A DNA stretch of 64,000 nt from Nitrososphaeraceae archaeon (lineage in GTDB: Archaea; Thermoproteota; Nitrososphaeria; Nitrososphaerales; Nitrososphaeraceae): positions 1,266 to 65,265 of the forward strand of contig JAICHH010000001.1 of NCBI GenBank assembly GCA_025922715.1, given 5' to 3'. The translations under genes and the position numbers were made by a program. This document shows, one piece after another, positions 41,102 to 50,871 of this stretch (positions are counted from its first letter, which is position 1; each line of letters starts with the position of its first letter). The notes beneath the pieces are model-generated. The model saw only the letters and a program-made list of their open reading frames with translations. It was not told the DNA's origin and searched no databases.

Positions 41102-42688
41102 TTACACTTTGAGCAACTTAATAACCTTCTTTGGTATATCTTCTACTCTACTAGCTAGAGTTTTATTGTAATTAAGATATTTTAAATTGTGACCAATATT
41201 GATAAGATCATTTAAATCTTTTCCTAATCCCAGGGCTACCATGTGGATAGACAAATTTCTGTAGGTTAAAACCATTTCTTTAACTGCATCATAATTTGAA
41301 GGCTCTCCATCCGTTAATGTAATCATTATCTCGGGTTTGAATGATTTAATAAAAGGTAAAAGAATAGTGTATATTTCAGCTAATGGTGTACCGCCACTTG
41401 CTCTTATTTGAGCTAATCTTCTGGCATTTACAAGAGACCATGGAATTTTCGGTGGTTTAACTAGCCAACATTTCACTTTTTTTGCTTCAGTACTAAATGC
41501 ATAGACTGCAAAATCAATCCCTAAGTAACTAAGGGCTTCACATAACGCTACGGTCGCTTGTTTATATTTTAGTTCAATTTCTTCTATACTACTAGAATGA
41601 TCAAGTAAAATGACAACTTTTGTTCTGATTGATATTTTAAAGTCGCTTAGAAAAGGTCTAGTCTGAGAATCAATATATGTTTCTGTATCTAATTCATCGC
41701 CTTGTTCTTGATGAACTTCTACCCACCCAGTTTTCCAATCTCTAAATGCTGATTTAATTTTTTGAATTAGTTCTATGTCATAGATTTCTGATTCATTAAT
41801 ATCCATTCTATTCGGAACACTAATGTCAAAGTTTTCTAAACTGTCATATCCTTTTGTTTCTGATTTCTTACTTTCTTTTACTAAAGTTTCATATTCTTTT
41901 ACAACATCCTTTCCTTCGATAATTTCTTTTATTGCTTTGTCAAATTCTTTATTGACTAGTTTTGATTTTATTATTTTTTCTAGTTGCTTAAATAAATCTA
42001 ATTTGTTCATTGCCAGACCTATACTAGATCGAGGAGTAGTCAAAGGAATTGATAATAAAGGATCTATTTGTAATATTTTTACAATTTCTCTGACCTTGTC
42101 ATAAATCCAGTCTGTTCCTAGTCTTTTATCAAGAGCTTCTCTGATGCACTCATTGGCAACGTCTGTGGCTTCTCGTACCTTGTCAAATTCATTTCCAAAT
42201 AGTTCCCCTTTAATATAACCAGTAAGAAAAAATTGTGAAAAAGCTTCGATTATTTTATGTCTTCCATATATTGTATTTAGAAGAGGTTTTGACAACCAAG
42301 ACATACTCTCATAAAAAATTATTTCATTTGTCATACCTTGCCATCCACGTAAACCTAATATTTCGATTCTTTTTGTTTCTATAATATTAAGAATAAATCC
42401 ATATGCATGCTCCTGACGAGAGACTTTTACTTTAGAAGTGTGTCTTATTCTCATTGCTTCATACCATAAAGAAACTCTCCATTGTCTATATCTTTGAAAT
42501 TCTTCACCATGAAAATAATTTAATGTTGGTATGATAATCTGTTGTTTTTCAATATCTGTCTGAGGAGGTTTATCTTTAGAAAGTGTAACAATGACTTTTG
42601 CATTATTAGACCACCTACGTGCAAGAAATGTAGCTATGTCTAGCAGAATATCATTTCTTAAATATTTTTTATTATTGTCCAATATCAC
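41102..42688 (-). CDS. vWA-domain protein (NorD/CbbO/CobT-like adaptor)
   Basis: N-terminal ILNIIETKRIE helix; G.ELD; MIDAS DHSSS, GGTP, TDGEP at the C-terminus. Confidence 0.85.
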   Translation of the reverse strand: MILDNNKKYLRNDILLDIATFLARRWSNNAKVIVTLSKDKPPQTDIEKQQIIIPTLNYFHGEEFQRYRQWRVSLWYEAMRIRHTSKVKVSRQEHAYGFILNIIETKRIEILGLRGWQGMTNEIIFYESMSWLSKPLLNTIYGRHKIIEAFSQFFLTGYIKGELFGNEFDKVREATDVANECIREALDKRLGTDWIYDKVREIVKILQIDPLLSIPLTTPRSSIGLAMNKLDLFKQLEKIIKSKLVNKEFDKAIKEIIEGKDVVKEYETLVKESKKSETKGYDSLENFDISVPNRMDINESEIYDIELIQKIKSAFRDWKTGWVEVHQEQGDELDTETYIDSQTRPFLSDFKISIRTKVVILLDHSSSIEEIELKYKQATVALCEALSYLGIDFAVYAFSTEAKKVKCWLVKPPKIPWSLVNARRLAQIRASGGTPLAEIYTILLPFIKSFKPEIMITLTDGEPSNYDAVKEMVLTYRNLSIHMVALGLGKDLNDLINIGHNLKYLNYNKTLASRVEDIPKKVIKLLKV

Positions 42689-42692
42689 ATTA

Positions 42693-43502
42693 TCAACCGA
42701 ATATCGAAATAACCATATCCATGACTTTTCTATACTCTACATCTCCCCATTGATTATAGGCATTTGCAAAAACTATTTCAGCTGCAAGCTTAGGGTCGGT
42801 ACCAATATTGAGTAATTTAGTAAAGGCAATTGTTTCTCTTAAACTAGGCCCATAAAATAGTTCCTCTACTCCCGCTGCTTCTCTTAATGCTCTTGCTAAT
42901 TTTATAGCACGTTGAATATTAATTAAATTGTCATTATTTACTAAAGTATGTTGTTTAATAATTTCTAGTTCTGTTTCCTCTGGTGGGTAATCTAAACTTA
43001 GCCTAATTGGGAATCTGCTTAAAAGTTGAGGTGGTAATTCTTTAGTACCAACGTGCGATAAAGGATTAATTGTAGCAACTACAAACCATCCTTCACTAGC
43101 TTTAATAATCTGACCTTCTGCTTCTTTCAATATTATTTGTCTCCTATCATCTAGAGCCTCATCTAATCTTAAGAGCATATCTGGTTCTGCAGCATTTAAT
43201 TCATCTAAATAAAGAATTCCTCCTTCTTTCATAGACTTTACCAAAATTCCCTCCACAAAGTTGATTTCACCATTCTCTATAGTTTTAGTTCCCACTAAAT
43301 GAGATTCTCTTGTTCTAAGACTAAAGTTTACTGAAAAAATATTCTTATTAAGTTCAGAGGCAAATTTTCTTGCCAACGATGTTTTTCCTGTTCCCTTAGG
43401 ACCAATTATAAGAGCAAAAAGATTTATTTTGTAAGCTTTTTTTAATATATCCATAGATTCATTCCAGTCTAAATAATTGATGGTCTCCACTACATTACTC
43501 AT
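42693..43502 (-). CDS. MoxR-type AAA+ ATPase, CbbQ/NirQ/NorQ subfamily
   Basis: GPKGTGKT, ILYLDELN, LDDRR, ATINP..GTKELP..LLSRF, LDYP, GPSLRE. Confidence 0.9.
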   Translation of the reverse strand: MSNVVETINYLDWNESMDILKKAYKINLFALIIGPKGTGKTSLARKFASELNKNIFSVNFSLRTRESHLVGTKTIENGEINFVEGILVKSMKEGGILYLDELNAAEPDMLLRLDEALDDRRQIILKEAEGQIIKASEGWFVVATINPLSHVGTKELPPQLLSRFPIRLSLDYPPEETELEIIKQHTLVNNDNLINIQRAIKLARALREAAGVEELFYGPSLRETIAFTKLLNIGTDPKLAAEIVFANAYNQWGDVEYRKVMDMVISIFG

Positions 43503-43548
43503 TGTTAATATTACAGATTGAGTTTAATTTATAAATTAACTAAATAAG

Positions 43549-44976
43549 TTAGAAATTATCTTTTGAATGAATAAACTTCTTTTTATTATTTATATAATCA
43601 GTTAATAACATCTTATCTATTGAATCTGGATTAATATAATATGATCTTCCTTTTACGTATTTTTCCATTTCATTTACATAACTCAACATAGAGTTTTCTT
43701 CACTTATCATTATAGTATCAATCTGAATTCCTTTTTTGTAACATTTTTTGGCTTCAATTATAGTACGTTCTCCTATAAATTGATCTACTTGTCTATATCG
43801 ATAACACAAATAAACTAATGCGCCTGAATGTATATCTAAATTCATTTCATGACTTTTCTTAATAGAATTTATTGTATTTTTATCAGGAATATAAAAGTGA
43901 GAGTAGGGTCTTTGTGAGAGGATTTTTTGTTGCTCTTTGTCATTATCAATAAAACATGCGCTCGGGTGGCCATCAGTAATAAGTACTATTCTTTTATTTT
44001 CTACAGGATTTTTTTGTAACATTTTTTTAGCTAGTCTTAATGCCGCTTGATAATTTGTATAATGAAGAAAATCAACCCCAGGTTCAAACGTTTTTAAATA
44101 GGGAATATCTAGTGGATTTATTTTAGAAGCTAATGCACCGAATCCTATCATATTAATTATATCTGAAGGAAAATATTTTTTATGTAGTATATACAAAGAC
44201 CATAATGCTCTCTTAGCAGCTTCTATTCGACTTAAATCCCCGTACAATGTCGAATATCTCATTGTGGAACTGAGATCTATACAATATACTATCGAAACTC
44301 TAACGTCTTGGATAGTTTCATATTCTTCAAAATCTTCAATATCCAATTTTATTGGTATTTCGACTTTACCATTTTCTCTGGCGAGCCTTTGAATTGAATT
44401 TAATAATGAATTTGGAATATTAATTAATCTGATATCATCACCAATTTCGTATTTTTTTGTTGTATCTAATAAAAGAGACCCATATCCAAAGTTTTTGGTT
44501 TCATGTATTCCAAAATCTCCTTTTTTTAGCACTTTCAAAATATCTTGCAGTATTTTTTCACCAATCTTCGCGAATCCTTTACTGCTTAACCATTTTTCAG
44601 AATTTTTTAAATAACCTTCCCTTATAAGGTGAGTAATAATCGGTAGATTCGATTTTACATTGCTATCTGATGGGTTTGAATCATTTTTATAGTTAAAATC
44701 GTTTTCTTTGTTAAATTTATTCTTCTTTCCTTTTTTTTTAATAATTTCTTGTAAAGTTTGTTCTAATTCTTGCACAGAGGGTGTTTTCTCTTTAAGAATT
44801 TCTCTTCCGAGAGATTTTAGTAAGTCATCCAGTATATCATTATTTATGTTATGTTCTCCTTGATCTTCAAACTTTTTATTTGAAGTTTTATCTGATTCTT
44901 TTGTAAAAGGAAAATAAATAAAATCTATTGATTTATTAGTGAACATTTTCATATATCCCCTTTTCTCTCCTATCAA
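43549..44976 (-). CDS. vWA-domain protein (partner of the chelatase-like ATPase)
   Basis: G.HET, YEIGDD, DLSSTM, HYTNYQAAL, ITDGHPSA. Confidence 0.82.
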   Translation of the reverse strand: MIGEKRGYMKMFTNKSIDFIYFPFTKESDKTSNKKFEDQGEHNINNDILDDLLKSLGREILKEKTPSVQELEQTLQEIIKKKGKKNKFNKENDFNYKNDSNPSDSNVKSNLPIITHLIREGYLKNSEKWLSSKGFAKIGEKILQDILKVLKKGDFGIHETKNFGYGSLLLDTTKKYEIGDDIRLINIPNSLLNSIQRLARENGKVEIPIKLDIEDFEEYETIQDVRVSIVYCIDLSSTMRYSTLYGDLSRIEAAKRALWSLYILHKKYFPSDIINMIGFGALASKINPLDIPYLKTFEPGVDFLHYTNYQAALRLAKKMLQKNPVENKRIVLITDGHPSACFIDNDKEQQKILSQRPYSHFYIPDKNTINSIKKSHEMNLDIHSGALVYLCYRYRQVDQFIGERTIIEAKKCYKKGIQIDTIMISEENSMLSYVNEMEKYVKGRSYYINPDSIDKMLLTDYINNKKKFIHSKDNF

Positions 44977-46600
44977 TAATTGGATTATCTAAATTCCTTA
45001 ACCCTTCCAGTATTAACTCTAGTATCGATGCTCTATATTCTTTATCTTGTTTATTAGAAAACGCTAACCCATTAAGATTAATTCGGTTATATTCTATATT
45101 TTTAATAAAAAAATTTTTTTCATTTTCATCTATATCTATCATCCTGTCAACTATTTTTAAAAGAGTCGGAAAATTTTTCAATTGATTTTCATAATTATCA
45201 TGTGAATTGCTGCTGTTCTTATCTCCTAAAAGATTTTGTGAGACTATAAATTTCTTATTCTTACTAAATTCATTTTTTAACAGCATAATGTCTTCGCCCT
45301 GTATGTTTTGGATATATTCTCTCGCTGTAATCTTTATTGCTTCTGCAATCAATTTATCTAAAATATCTAATCTATTTTGATTATTATCATCTAATTCAGA
45401 TAATTCAAATTTCGATGTTTGATGTATACTATTAATATCTGAAAATCTAGGTACGGCCTTTACGTTATAAATTAAAGATCTTACTCGCTCAGCCTCACTA
45501 ATTATAGCTTCAGTGGAATGAACCGACATTCTCACACTTACTCCTTTGTCTTGGTTAATGTCTGAATTTGTTCTAGCTAATTGTGTGATCGTGGCAAGGG
45601 CTTTCAAAACGAATATAGGTAAAATAACATTTTTTGGTTCGCTTAGTTTTATTTCTTGAATTATTATAAGCATTTCATCAATTAGTTTTACAGGATAACG
45701 TGTCTTAATATGACTTCGAAGTCTATCAAATAAAGGTTCTATTATTTTTCCAGAATGAGTATAATCAATCGGATTTGAAGTAGCTATTATTTTGAGATCA
45801 GGTTCAAAGTAAACAGGATATGAACCGGTAGTAAATTTACCTTCTTGCAATACGCTTAATAAAGAAACTTGTTTTCTAGGATCTAAAACAGGTAATTCAT
45901 CAATACACAATATTCCATGTCTGGCTTGTAAGAGCTGACCTGGTGAGTATGATTCTATATTATAAATCTCAACTCCTTTTTTTGCTATTTTTATGGCATC
46001 AATTTGTCCTACTAAATCTTTAACTGAAATATCGGGAGTTGCTAAAATGTATCTGTATCTTTCAGATCCACTAATCCAATCTATTTTAGTATCTAATCCA
46101 TTATTCCTAATAGTATCTTCGGTTTCTTTTGAAACGGTGAACCTAGGAGAATAGTGTATAATTTCTTTGTCTTCTAATAAAGAAATCATTTGTTCAGGTC
46201 TAATTGTTGTTGGAATGTCATTTGTTAAAGACTTTCTAATTATGGGTATTGGTGATAATAAATTTTGAGATATAGCTTCAGATAATTTCGTTTTCGCTTG
46301 ACCTATTTGTCCTACTAATAACAGATCATGACCAGCCAGAATACCTCTATTTATTGATGGTATTATGTCATCATCATATCCGATGATTCCACGGTATGGA
46401 TTTATACCTTTTTTAAGAAGCATTATTAAATTCCCTCTAATTTGATTATCGACTTTAGCATGCCTGTAGTTTATTTCGAGAAGATCTTTTAATGTCTTAA
46501 TTTCTTTATAATTATCTGGAACACCAGGGAATATTTCATTATATGTGGGATCAGAGTTGTAAGAGTCTAAAACCATTTTCTCAATATCTTTAAAATTCAA
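44936..46600 (-). CDS. Mg-chelatase-I-like AAA+ ATPase
   Basis: GIIGYD, Walker A variant GQIGQAKT, LATPD.SV.DLVG, ILCIDELP.L, ATSNP.DYT..GKII.PL.DR, GVSVR. Confidence 0.82.
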   Translation of the reverse strand: MNFKDIEKMVLDSYNSDPTYNEIFPGVPDNYKEIKTLKDLLEINYRHAKVDNQIRGNLIMLLKKGINPYRGIIGYDDDIIPSINRGILAGHDLLLVGQIGQAKTKLSEAISQNLLSPIPIIRKSLTNDIPTTIRPEQMISLLEDKEIIHYSPRFTVSKETEDTIRNNGLDTKIDWISGSERYRYILATPDISVKDLVGQIDAIKIAKKGVEIYNIESYSPGQLLQARHGILCIDELPVLDPRKQVSLLSVLQEGKFTTGSYPVYFEPDLKIIATSNPIDYTHSGKIIEPLFDRLRSHIKTRYPVKLIDEMLIIIQEIKLSEPKNVILPIFVLKALATITQLARTNSDINQDKGVSVRMSVHSTEAIISEAERVRSLIYNVKAVPRFSDINSIHQTSKFELSELDDNNQNRLDILDKLIAEAIKITAREYIQNIQGEDIMLLKNEFSKNKKFIVSQNLLGDKNSSNSHDNYENQLKNFPTLLKIVDRMIDIDENEKNFFIKNIEYNRINLNGLAFSNKQDKEYRASILELILEGLRNLDNPIIDRREKGIYENVH

Positions 46601-46949
46601 TAGATTTCTTGCTTACTAAAACAAAATTTAAACATTGTTAAAAGAATTAGATAATAGTATTCATTCGTAATTATTTATACTAATAAGAAAATTAAGGATT
46701 TTCTTTAATCATTCTATTTCTTAAACTCTTGAAAATTCCCTTTATTAACTTTTCATTATGTTTTTATAATCTTTTTAATTTATAGTTATATTGGATATAT
46801 CATTTTAACAAAAATACTTACTAGGTAAATTTTATAAAATATCTAATTTGACTTAAGTTATTTAAAACGAATATTTGAGATTATAAACAATTACGTTAAC
46901 TTAACTCCTAGTATGATTTTTATTTAGGTCTAGACTCTAGTTTTAAGAG

Positions 46950-47432
46950 TTGTCAACAGCAGACTATAAACACATTGTTAGAATTATGGGTAAAGATGTT
47001 GAGGGAGATAAAAAAATAACTGTAGCTTTGAGTAAAGTTAAAGGTGTTGGTTATAATTTCGCTCAAGTATTACTTCAAAAATTAAATATTAATCCATACA
47101 TTAGAGTCGGTCTTCTAACTGATAAAGAATTAACTGATATAGAGAACGCTCTTAAAGATCCTAATAGAATAGGTATACCATATTTCTATTTCAACAGGAG
47201 GAAAGACATGGATACAGGTTCCAATATTCATTTACTTACGTCAGATTTGGATTTTATTGTTTCAAATGATATAGATAGAGAGAAAAGTATCATGAGTTGG
47301 AGGGGGTATAGACATATGTTTGGCTTGCGTGTAAGAGGTCAGTGCACACGTACTACTGGTAGAAGAGCTAGCGCAGTCGGCGTACGTAAAACAGCCCTAG
47401 CTACACCAAAAACACAAAAGAGTGGTGAATAA
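46950..47432 (+). CDS. rps13: 30S ribosomal protein S13
   Basis: IVRIMG.D, KGVG, NRRKD, WRGYRH..GLRVRGQ.TRTTGR. Confidence 0.97.
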   Translation: MSTADYKHIVRIMGKDVEGDKKITVALSKVKGVGYNFAQVLLQKLNINPYIRVGLLTDKELTDIENALKDPNRIGIPYFYFNRRKDMDTGSNIHLLTSDLDFIVSNDIDREKSIMSWRGYRHMFGLRVRGQCTRTTGRRASAVGVRKTALATPKTQKSGE

Positions 47433-47938
47433 TGGGAGACCCTAAGAAATCAAGAAAAACTTTCCGTAGACCTCGTCAGATATGGACTACTGATCAGTTA
47501 AGTTCAGAGTTGTATCTTATAGGATCTTATGGTCTTAGAAGCAAAAGTGAATTATGGAAGGCACAAACTAAAGTTGCAGATATAAGAAACCAAGCACGTG
47601 AATTATTAGCTTTGACACTTGAGGCAAGACAGATACAAGAAACTAAACTATTAAACTATTTACAAAGACTTGGATTAGTAAAAGATTCTGCAACTTTAGA
47701 TGATATTCTTAATTTAAAACTGGAAGATATTCTAGAACGGAGATTGCAAACCATCATTATGAAAAAGGATAATGCCAAATCTCCACATCAATCTAGACAG
47801 TTGGTAGTGCACGGTCATGTATCAATCGGCGAAAGGATTATTAACATTCCTGGATACATTGTCAAGAAAGATGAAGAATCGAAAATTGCCTTAAGAGCTC
47901 TATCTATGAATTCGTCTCAAAATATGCCAAGCAGTTAA
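47432..47938 (+). CDS. rps4: 30S ribosomal protein S4
   Basis: MGDPKK, YGLRSK.ELW, LERRLQT, RQLVVHGH. Confidence 0.97.
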   Translation: MGDPKKSRKTFRRPRQIWTTDQLSSELYLIGSYGLRSKSELWKAQTKVADIRNQARELLALTLEARQIQETKLLNYLQRLGLVKDSATLDDILNLKLEDILERRLQTIIMKKDNAKSPHQSRQLVVHGHVSIGERIINIPGYIVKKDEESKIALRALSMNSSQNMPSS

Positions 47939-47941
47939 TAA

Positions 47942-48898
47942 TTAAGAAACAATATCAACATGGTCTATTTTTCCATCTGCATTCATATCGAACCCTTGAA
48001 CAACTAATGCCAATTGATCATCACTTAAAGAATTATCACCTATTTTATTTCCATAATTGGTTAATGCAATAACTGATGCTTTTGTTCCTATACTTCTTAC
48101 ACCTGCTAGAATGAGAATTTTTTTATCTTTGTTATATGGATTATTTATTTTGGCAATTAGTCCATGATTGTCCATATTAAATATTCTTCCCGATTGGTCA
48201 GTTAATCCCGACCAAAAATTATCTTCATTAAATTTGATCTGAAGATATCTATTGAATTCTGAAGTAACGATATTTGTACCAGGCCCACCAATCAATATTA
48301 AATTTTTATTATCAATATCCTTTTCTGCTTTCGCATCTACATCCAGTTTAACTATGAATCCGGAAGTAGATGAATCACATAAAGTTCCCAAATAAAAACT
48401 CAAATGAACAGCATAATGCCCATCCCGTGAGGAAGATTTGTAAGGACCGTGAGGGTCAGGTGCTCCTACAACGATTAACCCAGAAAAAGAGTTATTTTCA
48501 TAAAACTCTTTTAATATATAAGGAATATTTTTTCTCTTTTCATCTTTTGTGTAATGAGAAGGTTCAAGTTTCTCTCCGTGTCCTTCAAGTTCTAAACCAA
48601 ATGAAGAACTAGAAGTTGAGTAAAGCCTAGCTGTACCTCCTCTAATCAAAGTTGTTCCTACTTGTTCTATTGCTCCTATTCTAACCAATTTTCTGATATA
48701 ATAATAAACTGTTTGATCATAAAGCTTTAATTCCTTTGCTACTTGTGCTGGATACATAGCTTTGGATGATAATAACTCTATTATTTTCCATGCAATATTG
48801 TTTGATAAAATTTTCATGTCAGCTATATCATCAAATATTAAAATTTTTTTACTTATGGTGTGTCCGTTACCATCAGATATTATCATCTTTTTTCTCAT
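47942..48898 (-). CDS. ArsR-like HTH regulator with C-terminal alpha/beta domain (S-layer-C-like motifs)
   Basis: WKIIELL..MYPAQVAKEL..QTVYYYIRKL..G; C-terminal NLILIGGPGTN, LILAGVRSIGT, DMNADG. Confidence 0.75.
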   Translation of the reverse strand: MRKKMIISDGNGHTISKKILIFDDIADMKILSNNIAWKIIELLSSKAMYPAQVAKELKLYDQTVYYYIRKLVRIGAIEQVGTTLIRGGTARLYSTSSSSFGLELEGHGEKLEPSHYTKDEKRKNIPYILKEFYENNSFSGLIVVGAPDPHGPYKSSSRDGHYAVHLSFYLGTLCDSSTSGFIVKLDVDAKAEKDIDNKNLILIGGPGTNIVTSEFNRYLQIKFNEDNFWSGLTDQSGRIFNMDNHGLIAKINNPYNKDKKILILAGVRSIGTKASVIALTNYGNKIGDNSLSDDQLALVVQGFDMNADGKIDHVDIVS

Positions 48899-49065
48899 AA
48901 CATCATATTGTTTATTTTCTATAAAATGTTTTATACCGGTAAACAGATATAATAATGTTTTTTCTAATGATGATTTGAAATTAAGATCACAATTATAACT
49001 ATCTTTATAGTGGTATGGTATAAGTGTTAATATACTATTTAAACTAATTTTATATGATCTAGTTT

Positions 49066-50832
49066 ATGTGTTCTATAATAGGCTATATTGGTAAATGTAT
49101 GGCAGCATCCGTTATCGTTGAAAGTTTAAAGAAAATGGAATATAGGGGATATGATAGTGTTGGAATAGCTACCCTTGAAAGAGACAGAATTTTACTTCGT
49201 AAAGACGTAGGAAAGGTTATGGATGTTGATAGCTCGTTACAATTAAACAATATGCCCGGACAAATAGGAATAGGACACACACGATGGGCTACACATGGAG
49301 GTATAACTAAATTAAATGCACATCCTCATACAGATTGTACAAATAACGTAGTTGTAGTTCATAATGGAATAATTGATAATTATCAACAACTAAAGGATAC
49401 TCTTATAAAACAAGGACATATTTTTAAAAGTCAAACTGATAGTGAAGTTATTGCACACTTAATAGAAACCTATCTCAAAAAGTTTGATGATGTCAAAAAG
49501 GTTATTATTGAAACATGTAAACAATTATGTGGTTCTTATGCATTCGTTGCAATTTTCAAATCTGGATTGATAGCAGGTACTAGATTAGATGAACCATTAA
49601 TTATTGGAATGGGAAATGATGGCAATTTCATTTCCAGCGATGTGTTAGGGTTCTTAGAATATACCGATAAAGCTATCTTTCTTGACAATCATGACATAGT
49701 TATTCTCGATCATCAACATGTAAACTTATTCGATTTTAATGGTAATAGTGTATCCAGACCTATAACTCAGGTCGCTTGGGAATTAGGAGATATTGATAAA
49801 GGCAAGTACGCACACTATACGATCAAAGAAATACATCAACAAAAAAATTCTATACCTATGGCCTTTCAGATTGATCCCATATCTCTTCAAAAAGCCGTAG
49901 ATCTTGTTTCTTCTTCTAAAAATATTTTTATTACGGGAAGTGGTACAAGCTATCATTCGGCATTATTAGCAAAATATCTTTTCTATAAATCTGCGAAGAT
50001 AAGAACGGAAATAATAATGTCAAGTGAGTTTGAATATATGTCTGCACCTATTGATGAAAACTCAGTACTGATCGCTATTTCACAAAGTGGTGAAACAGCA
50101 GATGTTTTAAATTCTGTAAAGATAGCTAAAGAGCATAAAGCAAAAATTCTTTCCATCGTCAATATATCCACTTCTTCTTTAGCTCGATTAAGCGATCATT
50201 ATGTTTCCATAAATTGTGGACCAGAAATGGGCGTTGCTGCAACAAAAAGCTTTACAGCACAATTGGCAACGTTATATTCTATTATAAACAATTTATGTGT
50301 AAATGAAAGATCAGTAGATATGTCAATAAATATGTTTGGTAATGCTCTAAATGAGATTCTAATAGATGATTCATACTTAGAAAAAATAGCTGAGGATATA
50401 AAATCTGTCCAAGACATCTATATCCTAGGCAAATCCTTTCATTATCCAATTGCATTAGAGGGATCTCTAAAAATTAAGGAACTTGCTTATATTCATGCAG
50501 AAGGTATAGCTGCTGGTGAAATCAAACATGGACCTTTGGCGATGATTGAACTTAATACAATCGTCATAGTTCTTAATCCAGAAGATGAAACTTATTATGA
50601 TACATTACATAGTATCCATGAAATGAAATCAAGAGGTGCAAAGATTATTGGAATTTCAAATAAAAATAATGATATGTATGACTATTTTATCAAATTGCCT
50701 TTAGTTAATAAGATTTTGTATCCCATAATTGAAATTATCCCAATTCAAATATTATCCTATTACCTGGCATTAAAAAAGGATGCTAATCCTGATTATCCTA
50801 GAAATTTAGCTAAATCAGTAACTGTAAAATAA
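49066..50832 (+). CDS. glmS: glutamine--fructose-6-phosphate transaminase
   Basis: N-terminal Cys (MCSIIG), EYRGYDS, GHTRWATHG, HNGII, SQSGETAD, PRNLAKSVTV. Confidence 0.97.
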   Translation: MCSIIGYIGKCMAASVIVESLKKMEYRGYDSVGIATLERDRILLRKDVGKVMDVDSSLQLNNMPGQIGIGHTRWATHGGITKLNAHPHTDCTNNVVVVHNGIIDNYQQLKDTLIKQGHIFKSQTDSEVIAHLIETYLKKFDDVKKVIIETCKQLCGSYAFVAIFKSGLIAGTRLDEPLIIGMGNDGNFISSDVLGFLEYTDKAIFLDNHDIVILDHQHVNLFDFNGNSVSRPITQVAWELGDIDKGKYAHYTIKEIHQQKNSIPMAFQIDPISLQKAVDLVSSSKNIFITGSGTSYHSALLAKYLFYKSAKIRTEIIMSSEFEYMSAPIDENSVLIAISQSGETADVLNSVKIAKEHKAKILSIVNISTSSLARLSDHYVSINCGPEMGVAATKSFTAQLATLYSIINNLCVNERSVDMSINMFGNALNEILIDDSYLEKIAEDIKSVQDIYILGKSFHYPIALEGSLKIKELAYIHAEGIAAGEIKHGPLAMIELNTIVIVLNPEDETYYDTLHSIHEMKSRGAKIIGISNKNNDMYDYFIKLPLVNKILYPIIEIIPIQILSYYLALKKDANPDYPRNLAKSVTVK

Positions 50833-50871
50833 CTTTAATTATTCATTTAGTTATATTTTTATAGTCAAATA

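Noticed and set aside
37813-43502. Calvin-cycle (cbb) cluster suggested by TK, RPE and TAL next to CbbQ/CbbO-like genes
   Set aside because: No Rubisco or phosphoribulokinase; the two operons are convergent; the 3HP/4HB marker enzyme is present
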